A stretch of 20,869 nt of DNA from Octopus sinensis (lineage: Eukaryota). Position 1 is the stretch's first letter. Each line of letters starts with the position of its first letter. The position numbers were made by a program, and so were the translations under genes. Below are positions 1-9,725 of the stretch, one piece after another. The stretch lies in the NCBI RefSeq assembly GCF_006345805.1, contig NW_021824043.1:1-20869 (forward strand). The letters run 5' to 3'. The notes under the pieces were generated by a model. It was not told the origin of the DNA and did not search any database. It worked only from the letters and a program-made list of their open reading frames with translations.

Positions 1-66
1 TCCTATATGTAGATTTCTATAACTCCCAAAGGGAGGCAGATAAAATCTGCCTTTTATAATAAGAGA
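1..66 (-). mobile_element. Probable 5' end of a non-autonomous Helitron, truncated by the window edge
   Basis: Minus strand reads A|TCTCTTATTATAAAAGGCAGATTTTATCTGCC: a 5'-TC start after A plus a TATAAAA run, like the start of the Helitron at 3040. Internal palindrome GGCAGAT-AAA-ATCTGCC at 35-51. The 3' CTRR end is not in the window. Confidence 0.45.
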
Positions 67-463
67 TTATTGGGGCCCTGAGATATGTAACACACTGCCT
101 AAATACAATCTTGAGAACTTAGGCATTAAAAACCAGAAACGAGAAAGCTGATACAAAGACTACAGACCCAATCCATCACTGGTACTGTAAAAAAATGTGT
201 GAACTTTCCAGAAGTTTATCACTTAAGTATATATGAACATGTCTAAACATGCAACTATACGCATGAGAAGACATGCATAAAACAAGACATACAAATCTGG
301 ACATATACATACATACATACGTACGTACATACATACATGCAAACATACTCTGTTGATGATGTTGAAATTCCAATGAAGGGGGACATGGATCTATGTTAGA
401 TACTGGTTCTTTCTCTATTGGCAAGAAATCTTGAAATAAAACTGAACAATAAAATACATAATA

Positions 464-531
464 GGCGCAAGCGTGGGTGTGTGGCAACAAACTTGCCTCT
501 CAAATACATGGCTTCGGGTTCAGTCCCACTG
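464..531 (+). mobile_element. tRNA-derived SINE head fragment (family A)
   Basis: GGCGCAAGCGTGGGTGTGTGG...GGGTTCAGTCCCACTG has A-box- and B-box-like motifs and is homologous to the reverse complement of 6970-7038. Confidence 0.75.
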
Positions 532-596
532 AATATACATCTGATTTATATCTGCCAGCTATGAAACAAACGTATGTTTGTTTGTATACATGTTGC

Positions 597-638
<42 letters not shown>

Positions 639-660
639 TTGTGTGTGTATGTGTGTGTAT

Positions 661-780
661 TGGGAGTTTATAATGCCATTCGCGATAGTGTTATCTAATT
701 GTATTAATTAGCGAGTACAGGTGACGTGACGAGTTAATTTAGTTAATTAGCGCATTGATTCATATCAGCTTAGTCTCCAC
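661..780 (+). repeat. Dispersed ~120 bp repeat, copy 1
   Basis: Shares TGGGAGT-TATAAT...TTAGTTAATTA-CGCATTGATTCATATCAGC-TA-TCTCCA with 3572-3689. Confidence 0.8.
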
Positions 781-932
781 TTTATATGTGGGTGTACAAA
801 TACCTTCTTTCCTTCCCTGAGCGTCTGATAATACTTTCCATGTATACCACTTCCACTCCACGTTGTTGTTTTTTCTTTCTTGTGCTTGTTCTTATCGTTT
901 ATTTGGATTTACTATATATATATATATATATG

Positions 933-1095
933 TACCGAGTAAACCATAAATGTGAAACAAGGTGGAAAAAAGAGTACTCAAAATACCAGTGGTAGAGTAT
1001 ATGCTTTATTTTAAGCAGCAGAAAATTCACAAAATCTGTTACGCCAGAGTAAAGATTTTGTTTTGAATTTTCTGCTGCTTAAAATAAAGTATATA
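933..1095. mobile_element. Foldback remnant of HHR-associated repeat family D
   Basis: Perfect 26-bp inverted repeat 1004-1029 / 1064-1089 plus CAAAATCT/AGATTTTG. 933-1050 is homologous to 15803-15925. Flanked by (TA)n on both sides. Confidence 0.75.
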
Positions 1096-1369
1096 TATAT
1101 ATATATATATTATATGTATATATATATGTATGTATGTATATATATATATACATAGAATATATGTGAACACATTGGAAGACATGGAATATATAATATATAT
1201 ATATATATATTTACATACACTCATATATATACTTATGTCTTCTATCACATACACACACACATACTCACACACGCGCACACACATACTCACACACGCACAC
1301 ACACACACACATATACAGACATATATATGTATCTATCTGTGCGTGTGTGTATGTCATGTATATGTACTA

Positions 1370-1536
1370 TGTCTGTCCTCGACCACCCACCACTTGGCAA
1401 TCAGCGTTCATGCCTTTAAATTCACCTCACATAGATGTTCAATAAAAGATACTGATTGAATAAAAAGCAGATTTAAAACAAAAGGAAATAGACACCAGAA
1501 ACGAATCGTTCGGGAACATAAACCCTTCAAAAATGG
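1370..1536 (+). mobile_element. Highly decayed 3' part of SINE family A
   Basis: Weak similarity to the reverse complement of 6060-6210 (TGTC...CCACCACTTG-CAA-C, AAAAGA-AC-GAT-GAATAA); follows a CA/TG tract as in other copies. Confidence 0.4.
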
Positions 1537-1704
1537 AAGGGAACTGGTATTCTAATACTCACAATGAATCTGTCTCTGTTAAATATAAAGGGCCTAGTGT
1601 AACGCGAAGTGTCCCCTTAAGGTGTGTTTTCCATCCTAATTATGTGATCAAATTGTCGCTAAATAGGGTTCGATTGCCCATGATAAGAAATCCGGATGTA
1701 TAAT

Positions 1705-1890
1705 TTTTGAGATGAGGATTTCTGTACGTTATTTACATTATTTACATTGGATGGATATGTGTCCTCATCTTGTTTGTTGTTACCACAACGTTTCGGCAGG
1801 TTTACTCTCCAGCCTTCATCAGGTGTCCAGGTAGAATTTTGAACCCAAACCTGGGTTTTCATTCCTAACTTATGTTTTTGCTGATGTTGT
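1705..1890 (-). mobile_element. Short repeat family C carrying a hammerhead motif (Penelope-like terminal-repeat derivative)
   Basis: Homologous to 16148-16327; adjoins (TTA)n; contains the HHR at 1782-1827. Confidence 0.75.
1782..1827 (-). ncRNA. Minimal type I hammerhead ribozyme motif (family C)
   Basis: Minus strand: GACAC-CUGAUGA-A-GGCUGG-AGAGUAAA-CCUGCC-GAAA-CG-UU^GUGGU. Core intact, stem II 5/6 bp, palindromic stem III (ACGU), GUU triplet, stem I 4/5 pairs. Confidence 0.75.
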
Positions 1891-1897
1891 TGTTATC

Positions 1898-1898
<1 letters not shown>

Positions 1899-1963
<65 letters not shown>

Positions 1964-1964
1964 A

Positions 1965-2022
<58 letters not shown>
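1899..2022. repeat. (TTA)n microsatellite
   Basis: Direct reading; one short interruption near 1960. Confidence 0.97.
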
Positions 2023-2334
2023 GTCATTTATATATATATACATATAAATATTCAATAGACAGAGTCAACAGGAAGGAGTAGTTTTAGACAGCTATTTAAT
2101 AAACACTACATATGTTTCGATGCAACATAAATCCACATATACACAGATTTTAAATTGAGCAACGGTTTCACCTGTATAATGAGACCCACGGTGAATGCCT
2201 AAACCTAGACATGGAATTCTACTGGCTATTTCGTAATTCTTACGGTGAACAATCTCTATTTTGTATTCCGATACGTTCCTAACGGAATGCACCTTCAATA
2301 TCTGTGTCTGTGTAATGTATGTCTATATATATAC

Positions 2335-2526
2335 AGTCGCCATGATAGATCGATAGCCACTACACACATTTTTTTCTTTCCTTGTTTCTTTCTGTGTTCC
2401 TTTCTGTGGAAGAGCGTAGGCTCGAAACGTAATAGACTTTTTCTATTCCCAAGCGTTATACTAATACATTTGTTTGTTTTCTACACCACCTGTCTTCGTC
2501 CTTTGTTTCTTTCGTGAATTCCCCCC
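2335..2526 (+). mobile_element. Repeat family B copy 1 with variant-core hammerhead-like motif (2400-2436)
   Basis: CTTT-CTGTGGA-A-GAGC-GTAG-GCTC-GAAA-CG-TA-ATAG; homologous to 9535-9725 and to the reverse complement of 13019-13106. Confidence 0.75.
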
Positions 2527-2548
2527 ATATATCTCTCTATCTCACTAT

Positions 2549-2728
<180 letters not shown>

Positions 2729-3039
2729 ACCGAAAACATATATAGTTATAACTAACACTATGTTATAAAACATTTTATTGAATTATGTTATATCACATTA
2801 TATAATATTACTTTATATTAAGTTATATATTCGTAGGAATGTATTTTGCATATATTTTTTTATGTAAACATCGTATGAAAGTTACGATCAATAAGACGAA
2901 AATAACGATCATTATATTAAATTAAGAAGAAAGAAGAGCACGGTAGAATCTTAAAGCTGACTGTTCAGAAATGATGTGATATACGTGTGTTCAATCTAAG
3001 CCTGCAAAGCATATACATACATATATATATATATACATA

Positions 3040-3436
3040 TCTATATATATAAAACTGTAGTTGTGTGAGTGTCTGTCCCCTTCGATTTAGAATCCTAACT
3101 ACTCCCACATTTTGCGGTGCAGTTTAACCAAAACCGGGTATCTTATAGTCGTGATTCATATCGAGCCCTTCTGGGTATTAGCGCGCGTCTACGATGAGTC
3201 TACGATTTAAAAAAAAAAAATTACCACATTTTTTTCCATTTTAATGCATTTTTCGCTATTATATAAGAAGTAACTCTCTAAAAATGTCTACGAGAGTCAA
3301 CGATTTATAAAAAAATTTACCATAATTTTTTTCCATTTTAATGCATTTTTTGCTATTTTTTTGGCTATAACTCTCTAAAAATGCTTATATAGTTATTTCC
3401 CTTACAAACCCGAGCAACGCCGGGCGATACTGCTAG
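3040..3436 (+). mobile_element. Complete non-autonomous Helitron with internal ~98 bp tandem duplication
   Basis: A|TCTATATATATAAAA...CTAG|T, i.e. inserted between A and T. Subterminal hairpin CCCG(A)GC-AAC-GC-CGGG at 3409-3424, 8 nt before CTAG. Tandem units at 3187-3285 and 3286-3382. Confidence 0.88.
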
Positions 3437-3453
3437 TATATATATATATATAT

Positions 3454-3490
<37 letters not shown>

Positions 3491-3571
3491 GTGTGTGTGT
3501 GTGTGTGTAAACACGCACACGTATGATTTTATATATATATATTATGTATATGTATAGTGTATGTATATGTG

Positions 3572-3689
3572 CTGGGAGTGTATAATATTGACAACAGTAA
3601 TATTTAATTGCATTACTTAATGAATGCGGGTGGCAAGATGACTTACATTAGTTAATTAACGCATTGATTCATATCAGCCTAATCTCCAT
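3572..3689 (+). repeat. Dispersed ~120 bp repeat, copy 2
   Basis: Diverged direct repeat of 661-780. Confidence 0.8.
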
Positions 3690-3728
3690 GCTATGTGTGG
3701 GTGTTCATATCTATGCATGCATGTTTGC

Positions 3729-3765
<37 letters not shown>

Positions 3766-3894
3766 AATCTCAATGTGCACATATCTACCACTTTCCTGGC
3801 CAGACAATGTCTTCCCAATTGAGCTTGTTGCGTCAACAATTGCCGAAAGGTAGGAGACATACCATTCATAGGCTCTAATCATTTCTTATTATTT

Positions 3895-4095
3895 TAAGAT
3901 TTACATGTTTCAGTCAGGCTGGAGCACCGTCTTGAAGAACTTTAGTCGAACGACTCGATCACAGAACTATTTTTTTAAAAACTGCGAATTTATTCCTTCG
4001 CCTCCTTTTACCGAACCGCTATGCTAGGAGGACGTAAAAAAACTATCACTGGTTGCAAAACTGTGGTGGGAAACAAACATATATACAAAAAAAAT

Positions 4096-4142
<47 letters not shown>

Positions 4143-4243
4143 GGTGGGCTTCTTTCAGTTTCTATCTACCAAAACCATTCACAAGACTTTGGTCGGCGCG
4201 ACAACATAGTAGAAGTCACTTGCCCAAAACGGTTTGCCACTGG
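3895..4243 (-). mobile_element. SINE family A, diverged, 5'-truncated, with central (TA)n
   Basis: 3900-4080 matches 6015-6205 (TGTTTCAGTCA...GCTGGAGCACCG...CCGAACCGCTA). 4141-4243 matches 6880-6978 (GGCTTCTTTCAGTTTC...TAGTAGAAG-CACTTGCCCAA). Confidence 0.8.
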
Positions 4244-4300
4244 AAGAAGGATATAGTATTTTGCGTTCCGAATCAGTTCTCATCCCTAGCTGGTGATTGT

Positions 4301-4345
4301 CACACGCTGATGACGGGTTACTAATCAGAAACCCGGGTCCGCGTG
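4301..4345 (+). ncRNA. Type I hammerhead ribozyme motif at the apex of a long imperfect hairpin (family E)
   Basis: CACACG-CUGAUGA-C-GGGUU-ACU-AAUCA-GAAA-CCCGGG-UC^CGCGUG: intact core, GUC triplet, palindromic ACCCGGGU stem III. Stem I extends outward to 4255/4394. Confidence 0.75.
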
Positions 4346-4602
4346 TATCACGTGAGGCTGGACATGAGAACAATGATTTCCCTTCGCAAATACTGATCGG
4401 GTACAGACAGTGTGTCGCTAACCAGTTGGAGGAGATGTCTTCCTGGTGTTATAAACTACAGTAACATCGTCTCATATGTGTCAACCACATTTAGGTGGCA
4501 AATATACTTATATATACATATATATACATATGCATAAATGTAATATATATATATATATATATAATATATATATATATACATATACATATGCATACACGTG
4601 TG

Positions 4603-4637
<35 letters not shown>

Positions 4638-4748
4638 GTTAGATAGATAGATGCATACATACATATGTATCTATCTATCTCTATATTTACAATATGTGTA
4701 TATGTGTGTGTATGTGTATAAACTACACATATTAGGTATTATATATAT

Positions 4749-4790
<42 letters not shown>

Positions 4791-5111
4791 AAGAGCCGTG
4801 AGACAGTCATTCATCAACCGTCGACTAGAGACTAGAAAATCGTCACCTCTCCACGGATATTTCTTTCCTAGAATGCCCAGAAGCGTCATTGCTACCAAAA
4901 GATGTCTGGGTTAGGTTGACCCACACTTTCGCCTGCTACTCTACTCCATTATTCAGCTACAGCTATGACCACTTCAGCCGTGTCTGGCAAATATTTACTT
5001 TTCATTACTCATTTAGAATTTCTTCATTGCACTCATCCTTACACTTTCTCGCACACGTGTCTGCCATAACCTTGCTGTGAAATATTTCCTTACGTGTTTT
5101 GCCTTCACGTG

Positions 5112-5358
5112 AATAGCGCATAGCCTAGTAGTTAGGAGTTTGTATTCACGTTCGCTTGATCGCGGTTTCAATTCCTGGAAAGGATATTGTATTTTGGGCA
5201 AAACACTTAATTTCAAGTTGCTGAAGTAAGCTCAACTATAAATGATAAACCCTGCAATGAACTGGTGTCCCGTTCATGAGTTACTTTATGATCTTGGTAC
5301 CCTATGCGCCACGAAAACCGGGTAACTGCTGTTCTTATGAGCCCTAAGACACGGAAGA
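5112..5358 (+). mobile_element. tRNA-derived SINE (family F), diverged
   Basis: A-box-like TAGCCTAGTAG and B-box-like GGTTTCAATTCC; shares TTG-GCAAAAC-CTT-ATTTCA, ACTGGTGTCCCGTTCA and AAAC-GGGTAAC with 20580-20830. Confidence 0.7.
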
Positions 5359-5999
5359 GTAATTCCCAGAGATCTTAGAATTCCACTTTATAAACTTCCT
5401 GCTCTGCTGTCCTTCATAAGTTCGATGCTAGTCTAGTTGGACTAGACGTAACCAGGACAATCCGAGGTTACTAGAACAACCGAAGAATACTACCATTTTG
5501 CATCGTGTACCACCCCAAATCTTTTATATTTTAAGCCCTTTCTTTCATACACGCATTCTTTCTAGTGCATTCCAAGACTCGCATCATGAGGTTTTGTTTT
5601 CTTCAAGTCAAACCATGACATTAATTTTAGGACAATTACTTCACTTTTGCCACAAAAATCTGACCTGGACATTGAAGCGGTTTTCATTCCTTTAAGCTTC
5701 TAATAGACAGACGCGCTGATAGATAGACAGTCAGACAGACAAGTAGAAAGCTACACCAACATTCACAAAAATACTCACGCATGCAAACACACACACACCG
5801 AAACACACACACATAAATAGGTATACATATATTTGTATATATGAATTCATATGGGTTGCTCTCACTCTCTCTCTTTCTCTTATTCTTTCTTTCTCTCTAC
5901 ATAAACACACATACACGCATATATATGCATACATATATATATATGTATATATAGGTGTGTATATATATATGTATATATACATAAAAAGAGGTATATGTG

Positions 6000-6218
6000 C
6001 TCTTTACTCTTTACTCTTTTACTTGTTTCAGTCATTTGACTGCGGCCATGCTGGAGCACCGCCTTTAATCAAGCAACTCGACCCCGGGACTTATTCTTTT
6101 TGTAAGCCCAGTACTTATTCTATCGGTCACTTTTGCCGAACCGCTAAGTACCGGGGACATAAAACACCAGCATCGGTTGTCAAGCAATGCTAGGGGACAA
6201 ACACAGACACACAAACAC

Positions 6219-6273
<55 letters not shown>

Positions 6274-6820
6274 ATATATATATATATTATATATGTGTGT
6301 GAAATAGAAGATGAATAATCTTGTAGTAGATTAATCAAAAGTTTACCGATACTTAGTAGCAAAAATCACAGCAGTAAACAGCACGGTTGGAGGTACAACC
6401 ATATAGTGTTGCAACCGTGCGTTGGTGCGGATAATTGAAATTAAAACATTATGGTGAATTGAAGAAATGGAGCTGAACGCAGATTGAACAGAAATCGTTT
6501 TATTTCATTCTACACGTGTTTCGAAAGACACAAAATTACCAAAATCCGATTGAATAATGGGACCATATTGTGTCTTTCTCTCAGGAAGAAAAAAAGGAAA
6601 TCCGTTGGAAAAACAAAAACAGAACAGAGGCGGAGCAAAAAAAATCGAACTATGCTCCTAAGAGCCCAACGGATTCCTTTTTCTTATGAAGAGAAAAGAC
6701 ACAATATGGTCCCATTATTCAATCGGATTTGTGGTAATTGTGCCTTTCGAAACACGTGTAGAATGAAATAAACGATTTCTGTTCAATCTGCGTTCAGTCC
6801 ATTTCTTCAATTCACCAATA

Positions 6821-6877
<57 letters not shown>

Positions 6878-7038
6878 CGACCAGGCTTCTTTCAGTTTCC
6901 GTCTACCAAATCCACTCACAAGGCATTGGTCGGTCCGGGCTATAGTAGAAGACACTTGCCCAAGAAGCCACGCAGTGGGACTGAACCCGGAACCATGTGG
7001 TTGATTAACAAGCTACTTACCACACAGCACTCCTGCGC
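6000..7038 (-). mobile_element. Full-length SINE family A split by insertions in its central microsatellite
   Basis: Head 6877-7038 (minus: GCGCAGGAGTGCTGTGTGGTAAG..., B box GGTTCAGTCCC at 6977-6987). 3' part 6000-6218 ends in a (GAGTAAA)n-like tail. Same two-part arrangement as 3895-4243. Confidence 0.85.
6452..6817. mobile_element. Young foldback element (arms 6452-6608 and 6666-6817), each arm carrying a hammerhead-like motif and a poly(A)-signal-like A-run (family G)
   Basis: Near-perfect ~155 bp inverted repeat with a 57-nt spacer. Right arm (+): ATGAAGA-GAAAAGACACAA...TTGTGCCTTTC-GAAA-CACGTG-TA^GAATGAAATAAA. Left arm (-): CTGA-GA-GAAAGACACAA...TTGTGTCTTTC-GAAA-CACGTG-TA^GAATG. Confidence 0.85.
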
Positions 7039-7076
7039 ATATATATATACACCATAAATATGTATATATGTGCATC

Positions 7077-7111
<35 letters not shown>

Positions 7112-7683
7112 GATATATATAATATATATATATACATGTATATATGATGCACATATATATATACAATCACTTATATACAGAGACACACACACACACCCAC
7201 ACACAACCAAGGGAATGCTAAAAATGTTTAACCTCTTTGCGTTCATTTTTATTGAACTTGAATATTTTTCGGGTACAGTACTTAACATCCACACACATCT
7301 ACATATATATGAGTGTGTGTGTAAGTGTGTTTGTGTGCCTAGTTATGTAATGTGTGTGTATATATATATATATATATGAATTTATCTATACAGACTTATT
7401 TATCTTTGCATATATACATATATATATAATATATATATATAATATATATATAATATATTATATATAATGTATATATATATATATACATACATATATATAA
7501 AGATGTATGTACACATGTGTATGTGTATACGTATTCAAGCGTGTGTGATGTGTTTGTGTTTGGTGTAAGAAGAAACTGACAAACAGTGATGCTGTAAAGA
7601 CTAGAGATGTGTATTTACCGATGAGAAAACCAGACCTGGAAGGCTAAGTGATACCAGATGTATCTCCACCACTCACACACTCA

Positions 7684-7731
<48 letters not shown>

Positions 7732-8209
7732 ACACACACACACACACCTTACATTTCTTTAAGAACCAATCTCCAAAGCAACATACAGCTATCATTCGAG
7801 GAAACCGATTCTTCTCGTTTGCAACTTGTTTCAACTCTTGCGATATCCGGTGAATGGCATTATTTTTGTTTCGCTTAAAACGAATTTCAAGCGAATATCC
7901 CTCCTCTATGGAATTGCCATTCAACGAATGTTCTAGAACTGCAACCTTATCAATGACTGTCTTAATCTCACAGAGTCATAATAAAGATTTAATTATGTGT
8001 GTGAGGTGGGTGGGGTGAGTCCTGTTTTATCTCTTATCAAACGGTAACTTATAAGGAATCAATCTGTATTGCTTATATAATCCCAATCGTCAAATACACC
8101 TAAGAATACGTGAGAAAATGTATATGTATATGTTTATGCGTGTATATTAGATATGTCTGTATGTATGTACGAATGTATATATCACCACAAGACGCATGCA
8201 CTTACATAC

Positions 8210-8272
8210 ATACATATATACATGCATACATACGTACATATATGCGTGCATACATATATATTTACATATATA

Positions 8273-8308
<36 letters not shown>

Positions 8309-8374
8309 TGTATGTATGTATGTATGTATGCAGTATGTATATATAATATAAACAGAAAAAGAGAGATATGAGAG

Positions 8375-8428
<54 letters not shown>

Positions 8429-8488
8429 TTTGTGTGTATATGTGGAGTATGTAGTGAATATATATATAATATACATACATATATATGT

Positions 8489-8534
<46 letters not shown>

Positions 8535-8549
8535 GTGTGTGTGCGTGTT

Positions 8550-8580
<31 letters not shown>
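8210..8580. repeat. Compound (TA)n/(TATG)n/(TG)n microsatellite
   Basis: Direct reading. Confidence 0.95.
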
Positions 8581-8581
<1 letters not shown>

Positions 8582-9189
8582 AGTGTTTATCAGAAGCAAC
8601 AGAGTGACTCACGGAATGAGAGTTTCGAGTGTATTGGACTTATGAAAATTGTGTCAGATCGCTGATAATAGCATTTCGCTGGACAGTCCTAGAAGGAATT
8701 ATGATAACAAGTACGATGTCACGTGTATAATTTTTTTCCTTTCCATATAATTTGCCAGTTCTGTTCAAGAAGTAAATACGTAAATATATAAACAAATAAG
8801 AAAAATGTTTGCCCACTTACACACACATATATAGATAGATAAATTGATAGATAACTAGATAGATAGATAAATAGATAGATAGATTGTTAGATAGATAGAT
8901 AGATTAGTTTTACTTCTACTGGTTTCATCCAAAAGCTGCGGTCATACTGGGCCAATGTCTGTAATGTGACTATTTTTATTATTTCACATTCGCTTCCTGA
9001 TTTCCACTATGGAGCTGTTAGTGGAGATGCAAACTGGACAGAGCAGTTTTTCCTTCCGGAACCTCAGATAAAAATGGTTCCTATTGTGTCCACATCTCCA
9101 CCTCGCAGATATCTGGGGTTGCCTGGCAGAACGTTGGAAAGTTAAGGGCTCTTAAAACCGAAGCTGTTACAGAACTGGTTCCTTACTCT

Positions 9190-9510
9190 AGATCGGGGGT
9201 TTTTGATCTATGAACCCCTTTGATTACTATTTTTTTGTGGTGCCCTCTTCTTATAACCATTCGATGTTTAAAAACTATTTTTAAAGAAACTTCTTTCAAA
9301 ATTTCTATTTTGTTTTTCACACATTAATTATTGTAGGTCGAACTATCTAAAGTCTTGGAGAAAGACATCTAGCTGTTTCTTGCAATACATACCAATGCAA
9401 AAGCGAAGTTTTTCAGGGGCCCTGAAAATACTGCTGTGGATGCCCAATTTTGCTATTTTGTTGCATGGACTAAAAAAAAATTATATGGACCCCTCAGGGG
9501 GCACATGAAT
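9190..9510. mobile_element. Possible decayed non-autonomous hAT-like DNA transposon
   Basis: Scattered ATGGACCCC-like motifs near both ends (9209, 9237, 9436, 9465, 9485) and a GGGGGTTTTT start; no clean TIR pair or TSD found. Confidence 0.3.
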
Positions 9511-9534
9511 AGAAAGATAATCAGAAAGGTATGT

Positions 9535-9725
9535 GTCAGTTGCTCACTAGCCACTAAACCTTTTTTTCTTCTCTGTTTCTTTCTGTTCCTTTCTGTTTAA
9601 GAGCGTAGGTTCGAAACGTAAAAGTCTTTCTCACTTCACGAGCGTTAAACTAATACATCTGTTTGTTGTTTGCAAACCCGTCTGCGTTTTTTGTTTTGTT
9701 TTAATTCTTTTGTAAATTCCAACTA
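9535..9725 (+). mobile_element. Repeat family B copy 2 with decayed hammerhead-like motif (9589-9624)
   Basis: CTTT-CTGTTTA-A-GAGC-GTAG-GTTC-GAAA-CG-TA-AAAG; colinear with 2335-2526; ends at (TA)n. Confidence 0.75.

Noticed and set aside
5333-5358. CTTATGAGCC...GGAAG at a SINE end as a hammerhead
   Set aside because: The core is mismatched, and there is no GAAA or stem III.
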